A program made the translations under genes and the position numbers. A stretch of DNA of 64,000 nt from Opitutales bacterium (GTDB lineage Bacteria; Verrucomicrobiota; Verrucomicrobiia; Opitutales; PNEW01), in NCBI GenBank assembly GCA_965197745.1, contig CBDANS010000006.1:928001-992000 (forward strand), written 5' to 3'. Each line of letters starts with the position of its first letter. The stretch's first letter is position 1. The notes under the pieces were generated by a model, which made no database searches, was not told the DNA's origin, and saw only the letters and a program-made list of their open reading frames with translations. Positions 1 through 9,754 of this stretch are shown here, piece by piece.

Positions 1-2097
1 TAAATGCTCGGTGTCGTTAGTTTCATCCATGGGTAAGACCACGGAAAAAGAATAATCTCCACTGCCCGTTTCCAATCCATAGGCTAATTGGTCGGTATGG
101 TTGAGCTCCAAAGTGTATGTCTTGGTGAGATCAGCATTAAATTTTACTTCGGATGCGATCGCGTCATACTTATGCATGAACCGCTCGAGAAATACTAAAT
201 CCTTTTCTCGAACATCAATTTTCACTTCCCAGCTGCCGGGCTTGGCCATTTCTACAACGGGTTCTCCCACCTTGAGAACATTACCCACACGCAATTGGAG
301 GTTCGGAGGGCCAATGACAATTCCGGTGAAAGGCGCGCGGACTTCCGCTTGAGAAATTTCAAAGCGGAGTTTATCAATCAATGCCGCTGATTTACGGGCG
401 TTGAGCTGAGAAACCTGCATCTGCGTTTCATCGCCCATGTTGCGCGCCATATCAGATTCCGCCATGTAGCGCTGATATTCCTGCTGCGCCTGGTGTAATT
501 GCATTTCAAGGTCGCGTGTTTCAAGAAGAGCGAGAAGGTCACCCTCATTTACGGTTTGGCCTTCTCTTACTAATACTTTATCCAGTCGGGCTGAAACCAT
601 GGTGGGCAGGGACTGAAAATTAGTAGGCCTAAGAAAAGTATCCCCTCTGATTTTGAATTTAAAAGGAAGGCAAAGGACCAACAAGACCAGGGCAATGGGT
701 ATGCCTACTTTAAGCATGAGCTTGCGCTTATCCGTTTTGACGTAACGTGTTTTGAGGCTCGCAATTTCCTTAATCACACGGAAAGAGCGTCGTTTATTCC
801 AGTAAAGTGAGGTTCCCAGGGAACGGCCGCCGGAATACGCCAGATCCCGCATATGTAAAAAGGTGCTTTTTGCTTTCTCCGCATTATCTCGCCCTTCAAA
901 GAGCAGAATACCGCAAATAATACCCTCTCGATCAAAAAGGGGTAGGGAGGTGGCCCAATTCATGGGGATTGAATCAAAATAATGATTGATTGCCTCGGGA
1001 CGTGAGGCTGTTTTTTCCGGATCACGATTGGTAAAGGTGAGGTGAAATCGTGGCCGATCTCCGGAAGGTAGCGTATGGGATGGGTTTTCAGGAACTTTCT
1101 GTTTTTCTTTTGACAGGTCCTTTGAACCGGTAGAACGCATTACCGTTTCCTCTTTTTCACTCGACTTAGCTGATGGCTCCACGATCTGTGGCGTTACCGT
1201 GGAAATGGCATCTGACCCCTTATGTTCTTGTATCGCCACCGTGTCACTTAAAGTAAATTGTGCCAGTTCTCTCACCAGGTCCTTTAGAATTTCCGCCTGT
1301 TCACTGCGGGCATGAGGCCGCTTCAATCCACTACAGGCTAAAATTTCAAAATCCAGGCTGAGGCCATTTTGCCTTGGAAAATCTTTTACATGGAAGATAG
1401 AAACCCGCTCACAATCTACAGTCTCCCGAGCAAAATTTACGATGTTCCAGGCGACTGAATCCAAATCTATATCACCGGCCAAGTCTTCCAAGAGGTGTGA
1501 ATAGGTATTTACCCGGGTGATCTCCTGGGTGAGATCGGTAGCTCGACGACTACGCAAATAAAGGACAATTTCCTCACAAAAATGCTTAAGTAAAAGCAAG
1601 CGTGTTTTTGTCGTTTCATTATTAACGGGTTTAAACCAGGCATGTAATACACCGGCAACTTTTGACTCCATGGGTATGGGAATAAAAAATTGTTCAAATG
1701 GCGTATCGTTAAAAAGGGTGATTCGCTCGGTGGTTACCGCGGTATCAATGGCCAGATTGTCGCTCCCTTCCCGTGGACGAGAACTTGGTTGAAAAACTAT
1801 GGGCTTCTTCCCCACTGCCACTTCCTGGACGGCTTTGCGGAAAGACTCATCCTGTGCCGGGTTATCCTCAAGCTTTAACTGTTTCAGATTAACAGAAAAG
1901 AGCCGCTTGAATGTAGATCCGCTCAGAATTTCATAAGTTACCCCTTGTGGCTTGAGTGCTTGATTCAACAGATTGGCGTGTGCGCGAAGATAGGCTGCCA
2001 AATCAGGAGGGTTTTTTGCCAGTTGGGCCAGTTGTGCTGAAATGTTTGCAACAACCTGTTGGACTTGTGAACTTGCTACGTTAGGGTGGGTCTCCAT
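1..2097 (-). CDS. GAF-like domain + HlyD/membrane-fusion (periplasmic adaptor) protein; 3' end runs off the window
   Basis: Manually translated from ATG at 2097 (METHPNVASSQVQQ...) and at both ends of the frame; stays open to base 1 (...VVLPMDETNDTEHL). Has a GAF-like segment (LDSVAWNIVNFARETVDCERVSIF), a TM helix (VGIPIALVLLVLCLPF), lipoyl-like/hairpin MFP motifs (LDKVLVREGQTVNEGDLLALLE; EVRAPFTGIV). Absent from the ORF track because its stop lies outside the window. Confidence 0.85.
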   Translation of the reverse strand, partial: METHPNVASSQVQQVVANISAQLAQLAKNPPDLAAYLRAHANLLNQALKPQGVTYEILSGSTFKRLFSVNLKQLKLEDNPAQDESFRKAVQEVAVGKKPIVFQPSSRPREGSDNLAIDTAVTTERITLFNDTPFEQFFIPIPMESKVAGVLHAWFKPVNNETTKTRLLLLKHFCEEIVLYLRSRRATDLTQEITRVNTYSHLLEDLAGDIDLDSVAWNIVNFARETVDCERVSIFHVKDFPRQNGLSLDFEILACSGLKRPHARSEQAEILKDLVRELAQFTLSDTVAIQEHKGSDAISTVTPQIVEPSAKSSEKEETVMRSTGSKDLSKEKQKVPENPSHTLPSGDRPRFHLTFTNRDPEKTASRPEAINHYFDSIPMNWATSLPLFDREGIICGILLFEGRDNAEKAKSTFLHMRDLAYSGGRSLGTSLYWNKRRSFRVIKEIASLKTRYVKTDKRKLMLKVGIPIALVLLVLCLPFKFKIRGDTFLRPTNFQSLPTMVSARLDKVLVREGQTVNEGDLLALLETRDLEMQLHQAQQEYQRYMAESDMARNMGDETQMQVSQLNARKSAALIDKLRFEISQAEVRAPFTGIVIGPPNLQLRVGNVLKVGEPVVEMAKPGSWEVKIDVREKDLVFLERFMHKYDAIASEVKFNADLTKTYTLELNHTDQLAYGLETGSGDYSFSVVLPMDETNDTEHL

Positions 2098-2213
2098 GGA
2101 TAATTATGAGGTGAACAATACATAAAAATCAGGTGAAAGCGAAGCCAAAATGCATGATAAACAAGGATAAAATAAATATTGCATTATAAAGGGAGATTTA
2201 TTCCTTGTAGGGA

Positions 2214-3593
2214 ATGCGCTGTATTAACACACCTCCTATTCTCAACGCCTTGGAAGAAAAAATTATCGAGCTCGTCACTGAAGATGTCAAACATGTGGGG
2301 ATTGTTGGTGTGGGGGATGGCAGGCTGGCAAGAGGTATGCAGGAAAAGTGTGGAAATAAAGTTAAATTAAGTCTGATTGAACCACAAGCAAAACTTCATC
2401 GTTATCTCGACGACTTTAAAAACCTCGGTAGCGACCCCTGGGATCTCAGTTGGTACGAGAAAAGGGTGAAGGCAAATGGGGCCTTTGATATTCTCATCTT
2501 TTACCAGATTCACAATTTTTGGGAAGGCAACTTAGCCCCCCTCTACAGTATTTTAAAGATGATTAGTGATGGGGGCCATGGTTGGATCACTTTTCTTAAT
2601 GGTCTATCCCGCCGGGCTCTGGAACATTTTCTACCCCCAAAAATTGCCACTTACGCACGATTGATGCATCCCATCCGTTTTGCTTCTATTACCGATTACG
2701 CTTCATGGAGTTCCTATCTGGTAACAATTAAAGCTCAATTAGACGCTGTTTGGGGTCTTCTCGATAAAGATGCATTTGATCTATGTCAGGGGAAAAAATT
2801 ACCCCCAGTAGAGAACCCGCTCACTTGGGAAATGCATGGCCTCAAATTAAATGTAAAGACCTTTGCCGACGCTTATCTGTGGGGTGCTTCATTTATCGGT
2901 CTTAAGTTTCATTTAAATAAAAAAGGGGATAATGCTATCGGCACACCACAGTTTTCTGGCACTTCCTTTTCCCCTCCACTATTTCAGGCTCTTCTTAATC
3001 CTTATCCTGAAATAAGCTCTGAAAGTGAAGAATCGTTTTCCATAAAAACTGAAGTGGAAGCCTGGAATGAACAACCAGAAAATAAGCTAAACCCACTGGG
3101 TGAATTTGTTCTCCAGCAGATTGATAATCCGAATGAAATTAAAAAAGTTCTAATCCTGGGTGCCAGTTGGGGAAAACATTTGATTCTCTTTAGAAAAACC
3201 AAACCTGAGTGGGAATTCACAGGAATAGAGAACGCACCATTTAAAGTAGAGGCCTCTAAAATGTTAACGGGCGATGAAGCTCCTGGTATCCAGCTTTTTA
3301 ATCCTGAGGATCCACTTCCTTTTCAAGACCAGGCATTCGACATCACTCTGTCTCTGGGTTACTTTTCCAAAATACATTCTCCTTTGGCGAAAATTATAGC
3401 ACCAGAACTACTGCGAGTGACTCGAGGGAAAATCTATCACTTGGAAGACGCTCGTGGCCCGGAGTTCTCCCTGAGTCTTACCCGATATTCTTTAAACGCT
3501 ATCTATGAGGAACTTGGCCATAAATCGACAACGCAACCCGTTCTTCTGAAAGAGACCCAAACGGGCCTCTACTTGCTAAAAGTGTCGCGATGA
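2214..3593 (+). CDS. Protein with two class I SAM-methyltransferase-like domains
   Basis: N-terminal VGIVGVGDGRLA...FDILIF and C-terminal VLILGASWGKHL...FTGIE...PLPFQDQAFDITLSLG...LLRV resemble SAM-binding motifs I-III. Confidence 0.6.
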   Translation: MRCINTPPILNALEEKIIELVTEDVKHVGIVGVGDGRLARGMQEKCGNKVKLSLIEPQAKLHRYLDDFKNLGSDPWDLSWYEKRVKANGAFDILIFYQIHNFWEGNLAPLYSILKMISDGGHGWITFLNGLSRRALEHFLPPKIATYARLMHPIRFASITDYASWSSYLVTIKAQLDAVWGLLDKDAFDLCQGKKLPPVENPLTWEMHGLKLNVKTFADAYLWGASFIGLKFHLNKKGDNAIGTPQFSGTSFSPPLFQALLNPYPEISSESEESFSIKTEVEAWNEQPENKLNPLGEFVLQQIDNPNEIKKVLILGASWGKHLILFRKTKPEWEFTGIENAPFKVEASKMLTGDEAPGIQLFNPEDPLPFQDQAFDITLSLGYFSKIHSPLAKIIAPELLRVTRGKIYHLEDARGPEFSLSLTRYSLNAIYEELGHKSTTQPVLLKETQTGLYLLKVSR

Positions 3594-3677
3594 GTATAGC
3601 CTGAGTGCTTTATTAAAATTTTAATCTCTCAGGGAAAGCCTGACTGCACTCGGATTGTTTAAACCATTTTTAAAAAA

Positions 3678-5069
3678 TTGCATAGATTGAGATCACCTAT
3701 ATTTTTTTTCTGCCTGTTATGCCTGAGTTCTCCTCTCTCTGTGGTGAAACTCGCAGGAAACAAGGAGAGTGTCGAATCGGCTGATTCCGCACGCGAACTC
3801 AATGCTGTTTGGACGGTTTCTGATGCTATAGAACGCGCGTTGTCAGTTAACCCGGCCATACAACGGGCCGACGCCTTAAAGGACCGGCAAAAAGGATTAA
3901 AGGTGCAAGTCAGATCGGATTTACTCCCGACTATGCGACTTATAGGATCGGCGAATGGAAGAGATGAAGGGCTCATCGATCGCAACCCGGATGAGCTGTC
4001 TCAAGTACCCAGCGAACAAACGGCGATCACTCAAGATGCCTATTCAGGTTCTATAGAGTTTCGGCAAATCGTATTTGATGGATTAAAGCGTTGGAACCGA
4101 TATCGCCAGGAAACCCTTACATACAAAGGGGCGGAGGCTACTTCAGAAGATACAAAAAGGGAAATTATATCTTATGTTAAGCAGGCATTTGATCAACTTT
4201 TATTTACCATTTCGGTAGTCGATATTCGGAAAGAAACGGTCGCAACATTTAGAACAGTTCTGGAAATAGCGCAGAAAAAGAAAATAGCGGGTGAAGTTAC
4301 TTCTTACGAAATCCTGAGAGTGCGGACAGAATTACAGAGTGCAGTAGCCGAGCTTGCTGAATCAGAATCCAATTTGATCAGAGCAGAGCAGATTTTTCGC
4401 CGTTTGCTGGTTTTACCCCAACCGGTAGATCCCCATAGCGATCGGGTAAAACTGGCGGGTAAACTGGTGGAACCCATTTTTGATCTTTCCTTTGGAAAAG
4501 CGCTGGGCTTAGCTTTAGAGAATCGTGGGGACCTTCAAGCGGCACGATATCAGTGGGAAGCGGCAAAAAAAGGATTAAATGCCGCTCACGGGGAGTGGCT
4601 TCCGATGGTTGAGGTATATGCAAATTACTCGTTAAGATCCTCTTATTTTGATGAAAATAAAAATCTGGACGGATGGACCATCGGGGCTGTAGGGCAATGG
4701 AATATTTTTGATGGGTTCCAACGATCAGGGATCATAGCAACGCAGAAAGCAGAGGCAAGGGAAGCGCAGATTGGTTACCTGGAGTTGGAATATAGTATTA
4801 CCTCGCATATTCAGGAACTTTATGCTCAAATTGCACAATCCCGTTCAGTCATTAACTTCCATCGAACATCTATGGATCTAGGTAATGAAAGCCTACATCA
4901 GGCAGAACGCCTCTATGAAGTCGGACAAGTTGGCCTGGAAGAAGTTTTCTACGCACAGATTACCCTGCGCCGTTCCCAGATTAACTTATCTCGGGCTTTA
5001 TTTCAATATAACACCTTTCTTTCCCAAGTTGAGTATGCCATTGCTACACCTCTTAATGGGAATAATTAG
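3678..5069 (+). CDS. TolC-family outer membrane efflux/secretion protein
   Basis: Signal-like N-terminus, AIERALSVNPAI and ALENRGDL repeats, QWNIFDG motif, two-fold OEP architecture. Confidence 0.9.
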   Translation: MHRLRSPIFFFCLLCLSSPLSVVKLAGNKESVESADSARELNAVWTVSDAIERALSVNPAIQRADALKDRQKGLKVQVRSDLLPTMRLIGSANGRDEGLIDRNPDELSQVPSEQTAITQDAYSGSIEFRQIVFDGLKRWNRYRQETLTYKGAEATSEDTKREIISYVKQAFDQLLFTISVVDIRKETVATFRTVLEIAQKKKIAGEVTSYEILRVRTELQSAVAELAESESNLIRAEQIFRRLLVLPQPVDPHSDRVKLAGKLVEPIFDLSFGKALGLALENRGDLQAARYQWEAAKKGLNAAHGEWLPMVEVYANYSLRSSYFDENKNLDGWTIGAVGQWNIFDGFQRSGIIATQKAEAREAQIGYLELEYSITSHIQELYAQIAQSRSVINFHRTSMDLGNESLHQAERLYEVGQVGLEEVFYAQITLRRSQINLSRALFQYNTFLSQVEYAIATPLNGNN

Positions 5070-5078
5070 CATTAACCC

Positions 5079-7337
5079 ATGAACACTTCAACGCTCCCCG
5101 TGGAAACGGGACATTTTGATCCCGATAAAGAAATTGCCGACTTGGAGCGAATGGTTCCATCGCGGTTAAGAGCTGACCTTGTTATCCAAAAACAGTTTTT
5201 TAAGAACGAGGAGTATTTTGTGGTCAAGGACCCCCTCGCGTTGACTTATTTTCGTCTGCGTCCCGAAACGGCCTTTATCATCAATTTACTTGATGGAAAG
5301 AAAAATTTAAAAACGATAACCGATGAATTCTCTCAGCAGTACCCCAATAGCACTCTTGGCTTGAAAGATATAGCTGCCTTTACGCAACAGTTGGGTATGG
5401 GAGGGCTTCTTAACATCAGCGCTCGTCGTTTTGTCGATTATGCCCGTCATAAACCTCAACAGGCCAACAGCCTTATTCGTCTATGGATGTTGGCCATGCA
5501 AAAACTGATCTTTTTAAAAGTTCCGCTTATTGATCCCAGTCCCTGGTTGGGTAAATTAACGGCTAAAATTACTTTTTTTTGGTCCCGCTGGTTCATATGG
5601 GGGTGCCTCGGATTTTTCGTATGGACAATATTCTGGCTCATCGTCAACCGGGAGGCCTTTTCGCACAATGATATAAACTTTTTATCCCCTGCTAACCTCT
5701 TTATTATGTGGCTTTCGATTATTTTTGTTAAGATTTTCCATGAGTTTGGGCATGCCACGACTTGCCGTTATTTCGGTGGGGAAGTGCATGAAATGGGTGT
5801 CTGTTTAATCTGTTTTACCCCCTGTGGGTACGTCGATGCCTCAGATGCCTATATGATGAAGCATAAGCGGCATAAAATTTATACCACTTTAGCGGGTGTT
5901 TTTACTGAATTTGTCATCGCCTCCCTCTGCGCCCATGCCTGGCTCTATCTCTCGCCCGGTCTGCTAAAAAACATTGCTTTTAATATCATGTTCGTCGCCA
6001 GTATTAACACGATTTTTTTTAATATGAATCCGCTGATGCGTTTTGATGGCTATTATGTGATCAGTGACTTACTGGAAATACCCAATTTGCGAACAAAATC
6101 CATTACTTACTGTTCCTACCGCCTTCAGCAGTTTTTCTTTGGTATCCGCAATACTTTTCAGGAACGCATGTTCGATATTCATACTGACAGTCGGGTATTT
6201 CTTATTTATGCGATCAGCGCTTTCCTCTACATGGCCTTCATTATTTACTCTCTCAGCCAGATATTTGCCCACGTTCTTGCCCCTTACGGCCTGGGTGAAT
6301 TTGGGTTGGGACTGGGGGTGTTTGCCCAGATTTCCTTCATCGGGTTTCCCGTCGCAAAACTGCTGACTGATGCTTTTAATCCGGAAGCTGCGCCTCATAT
6401 TATAAAAATTGCGTCGACGAAACGCCGCCTCATTACAATTGGTGTTGCCCTGTTAACGATCATTCTTGTCATCGCCTTCCTCCCCAGTCGCTATAATATC
6501 GACCGTCAGGGTGTTGTGCGTTATGCCCAGAGCGAAATTATTGCCACTAAAACTGGTGGGCTCGTCGAGAAAATTTTCGTCAAAACCGGTGATTGGATAG
6601 AAGCGGGCGCAATTATAGCAATGTTGAACAACCCGTCTCTGGAAGCGGAACTAGCGATCACGCAAACAGATTTCGAATTGGCAAAATTGCAATATGGTGC
6701 TCTGCAAAATGAACGCTCTTGGGATACAGCCAGACATATGGCAGAAGCTGCTGCTGCTTTGGAAATGGCGGAGACTCATTATCGGAGGGTCCGTGAAGAA
6801 GCCGAAGCATTGGAGCTAAAAGCGACCATCTCTGGATATGTGCTTTCTTCCGATGTCCACCGCTTAGCGGGGAAATACATTGCTCCTGAAGAGGCTTTAA
6901 TGCGGATTGGCACACGCGATAATTTACGCCTTATTCTCCCTCTTACAGAAAGTGAAATTCAACTTATCGAACCGGGAAGTAAAGTTCGGGGTCGTTGGAA
7001 TACCGACGCTGAAAAATTTGAAACGGCTATAGATGTCTTTCCGCGTCAAAGAGCGTCGTTGGAAAATTACATGTTTGCGATGTATACAGCTTTTGGCGGA
7101 CCCGCTCCGCGGGAACAGTTTAAAGGACAAAGCTCACAAAATGGTTCAGGTTCGAACGATCCCCTGTTTTCCCTTTTTCTTGCTGAAGCCCCGCTTGTAG
7201 ATCATTTAAAAAATTATCAGGTTTTTGAAGGTATGCGTGTGCAGGCCACTATCCTCGGCAAAAAAACCACCTTGGGCAAAAAAATCTGGCGCAGTGTCGT
7301 TTCATTTTGGGATAATAACATGCGGTCTATTCGTTAA
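5079..7337 (+). CDS. PqqD-like N-domain + site-2 protease (M50) + HlyD-like adaptor fusion
   Basis: HEFGH at 5739-5753, NMNPLMRFDGYY (NPxxxxDG), several TM helices, C-terminal GLVEKIFVKTGDWIEAG lipoyl-like motif and coiled hairpin; N-terminal YFVVKDP..YFRL..LLDGKK winged-helix-like segment. Confidence 0.9.
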   Translation: MNTSTLPVETGHFDPDKEIADLERMVPSRLRADLVIQKQFFKNEEYFVVKDPLALTYFRLRPETAFIINLLDGKKNLKTITDEFSQQYPNSTLGLKDIAAFTQQLGMGGLLNISARRFVDYARHKPQQANSLIRLWMLAMQKLIFLKVPLIDPSPWLGKLTAKITFFWSRWFIWGCLGFFVWTIFWLIVNREAFSHNDINFLSPANLFIMWLSIIFVKIFHEFGHATTCRYFGGEVHEMGVCLICFTPCGYVDASDAYMMKHKRHKIYTTLAGVFTEFVIASLCAHAWLYLSPGLLKNIAFNIMFVASINTIFFNMNPLMRFDGYYVISDLLEIPNLRTKSITYCSYRLQQFFFGIRNTFQERMFDIHTDSRVFLIYAISAFLYMAFIIYSLSQIFAHVLAPYGLGEFGLGLGVFAQISFIGFPVAKLLTDAFNPEAAPHIIKIASTKRRLITIGVALLTIILVIAFLPSRYNIDRQGVVRYAQSEIIATKTGGLVEKIFVKTGDWIEAGAIIAMLNNPSLEAELAITQTDFELAKLQYGALQNERSWDTARHMAEAAAALEMAETHYRRVREEAEALELKATISGYVLSSDVHRLAGKYIAPEEALMRIGTRDNLRLILPLTESEIQLIEPGSKVRGRWNTDAEKFETAIDVFPRQRASLENYMFAMYTAFGGPAPREQFKGQSSQNGSGSNDPLFSLFLAEAPLVDHLKNYQVFEGMRVQATILGKKTTLGKKIWRSVVSFWDNNMRSIR

Positions 7338-7362
7338 ACCAGGATACCCTATTTTGTCCGGT

Positions 7363-8448
7363 ATGGTGCCATCAAAACTTACGGATTGTCTCCTCAACCT
7401 TTCTTACCAGCGTACGCTTACCGGGTTTGAACAAGCGCTAAAGGAGGTGATGGATATATTTGATTTAACCGCTTGGGCCTGTCTATTCCCGCCCAGTTTT
7501 AACGCTGGGGGCAACAATTTGATCATCGCCAAAGGCATCAGGGAAAATAGTTCGCTCCCGAATCAACAATCCCTTTTTAGACTTACTCAGTATGGGATTA
7601 ATCGACAGACGGAAGCGCTACTCAAATCACTGGGACGCGAACTCTCTCCAACAAAAACAGCCCATATTCAGATAATTCCCCTTCGCCGTAAAGGTAAAGC
7701 GCTCTTCATTCTTTTCCTCTTTAGGGATGGAAATCCTTTTACCAATGAAGAGATCACACTTGCCAATAATGTCGGGAAACATCTCGACCGGTGTTTTGTC
7801 CTCTTATCCCAAGAACAGGAACAGGAATTCGTAGTAGGTTTTTTTCGGCTTGTCAGTAACCTATACGCTGAAGGGCTATGCCTGCTCGACACCAATAAAC
7901 AGCTTAATTACGATAATACTCATTTTAGAGAACACCTTTATATCTGGGAACATGGACGTGAAGCGGTTAAAAATCATAACCTCCCACGCCAGATTAAACT
8001 GCCGCTCGATTGGGAAGAAGCCTGTGATGAAGCCATTAAAATATACCAAACTAGCACCTTCCCCCAAGTCTCTTCCAGAATGGCAATTACCCAGGGGCCT
8101 CTCGTACGATTAGAGATACCCATAACAAGCACTGAATATTTAGAGGGAGCGGTGCGCTATCTTGCTTTTAAAAGTTCCCTCGGGGTTAGGCCCTACCTCC
8201 TGCTCACGACAAACCTGCAAAAACGCCTGATTAGAAAATCTGCTTCCTTTGCGGAGTTCGCAAAAAAAATAGAACTTTCCAAGCGTGAAAAGGAAGTAGG
8301 TGATCTGATCATGGAAGGGTATTCTGCTTCTCGCATCGCCGATACCTTGGGTATTTCTCTGACCACCATAAAAACACACATTCGGCATATTCTACGCAAA
8401 ACCGGCGTGCGCAACCGCTTGGAATTCATCAGCATCTGCAGTAAGTAA
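7363..8448 (+). CDS. LuxR-family helix-turn-helix regulator with GAF/PAS-like N-terminal region
   Basis: C-terminal LSKREKEVGDLIMEGYSASRIADTLGISLTTIKTHIRHILRKTGV. Start moved to ATG 7363 to avoid overlap with the upstream gene. Confidence 0.85.
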   Translation: MVPSKLTDCLLNLSYQRTLTGFEQALKEVMDIFDLTAWACLFPPSFNAGGNNLIIAKGIRENSSLPNQQSLFRLTQYGINRQTEALLKSLGRELSPTKTAHIQIIPLRRKGKALFILFLFRDGNPFTNEEITLANNVGKHLDRCFVLLSQEQEQEFVVGFFRLVSNLYAEGLCLLDTNKQLNYDNTHFREHLYIWEHGREAVKNHNLPRQIKLPLDWEEACDEAIKIYQTSTFPQVSSRMAITQGPLVRLEIPITSTEYLEGAVRYLAFKSSLGVRPYLLLTTNLQKRLIRKSASFAEFAKKIELSKREKEVGDLIMEGYSASRIADTLGISLTTIKTHIRHILRKTGVRNRLEFISICSK

Positions 8449-8493
8449 AGGTTGTTGAATAGCTGATTGTTGATTGAATTAAATAAATCATTT

Positions 8494-8614
8494 GAAGGGT
8501 CGCGCGCTCGTTGGCCATAGCCAAGCATCAGCGGGGGCGACGGTTGATTGCGACCGCATATTTACCGCGCACGAATGAATATTATCCTCAGCCACGAAGG
8601 AGCGTCGCCCTCCA
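8494..8614. repeat. REP family A inverted pair with nested mini-element (8507-8547)
   Basis: gaagggtcgcgcg...ttgcgaccgc and agccacgaaggagcgtcgccctcca match family A copies at 9535, 13005, 44197, 51853 and 62921. Confidence 0.75.
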
Positions 8615-8654
8615 TAATGAGTTATATTCTGGATCCCTAATAACCCATTACCGT

Positions 8655-9437
8655 TTATAGTTTTCTTTGCAAGTATTCGCGAATGGGGTGAGCATAATCT
8701 TCTGCTGTTTTTAACATGAACATGAAATCAAGTCCAATCGTTAACCAGTGTACACCGCGATCAATATGGCCAATCAAAGTTTTCGTATCACCGCCCCCGG
8801 CGAGGCTGAAATTCACCCCGGCATTTTTAGCTTTGCTCACATAAGTATCTATAGCGTTTACCACGTCGGGGTGATCGGGATTGCCCATGTGCCCCATTGA
8901 ACCAGCAAGATCCTGTTGACCCATGAGAAAACTCGTTATTCCCGAAACGGCTAAAATAGCGTCCAGATTTTTAATGGCATTGATGTGTTCAATTTGAACG
9001 ATGATAATCATCGCATCATTAGCTTCCTGGCAGAACGCTTTCCCCCCTTTTAGACCAAAATTGTTTGTTCTCTTTGGCCCATATCCGCGCGAGCCATCGG
9101 GGGGGTAAAGGCAAGCGGCCACTGCCTGGCGCGCTTCCTCGGCCGTTTTGACCATGGGTATTATTACACCATCGGCGCCTATATCCAAAACCGGTTTGAT
9201 CAGCACAGGGTCATTCCATCGCACGCGCACCAATGCCGTGGTATTGCTGCCTTTAGTCGCCATAATATGTGCTTGGACAGTTTCAAGGGTGTAACTATTA
9301 TGTTCCATATCGATCCAGACAAAGTCGCAAACATTGCACAGGGCTTCAGTAACCGTGGAATCGGTAAAGGTGACCGTGACACCAAGGGGAACATCACCCG
9401 CGTGCATCTTTTTTTTAAATTTTTTCGCGTTGTTCAT
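8655..9437 (-). CDS. HpcH/HpaI family aldolase
   Basis: DFVWIDMEH, VRVRWND, LDIGADGVIIPMV, YPPDGSRG and VQIE motifs. Confidence 0.9.
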   Translation of the reverse strand: MNNAKKFKKKMHAGDVPLGVTVTFTDSTVTEALCNVCDFVWIDMEHNSYTLETVQAHIMATKGSNTTALVRVRWNDPVLIKPVLDIGADGVIIPMVKTAEEARQAVAACLYPPDGSRGYGPKRTNNFGLKGGKAFCQEANDAMIIIVQIEHINAIKNLDAILAVSGITSFLMGQQDLAGSMGHMGNPDHPDVVNAIDTYVSKAKNAGVNFSLAGGGDTKTLIGHIDRGVHWLTIGLDFMFMLKTAEDYAHPIREYLQRKL

Positions 9438-9534
9438 TTATTGCTATGAATAAGTTTTTTAAAATTATGGCGATCGTGACTGCGATAGAGTAGAATGTCG
9501 ATTGAGATTTTTTGTCATTGTAGATTCGACTACT

Positions 9535-9618
9535 TGGAGGGCCACGCTCCGTCGTGGCTGAGAACAGTATGGGTTCGTGCAGGGTAAATTCGCGGACGCG
9601 ACGAAGCGCGTCCCTCCA
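9535..9618. repeat. REP family A inverted pair
   Basis: tggagggccacgctccgtcgtggc ... ggacgcgacgaagcgcgtccctcca. Confidence 0.85.
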
Positions 9619-9754
9619 GTAGAATAATTCAATCGACAATTCGTACCGAGGGCTCAATCCGACATCCTCCAAATAATCCCCTCCCTTTTACCCATTAACC
9701 CTTTATCCATTTAAATTCCTAGACAAGACTCACCACAACCCCTAATAAAAGTAG

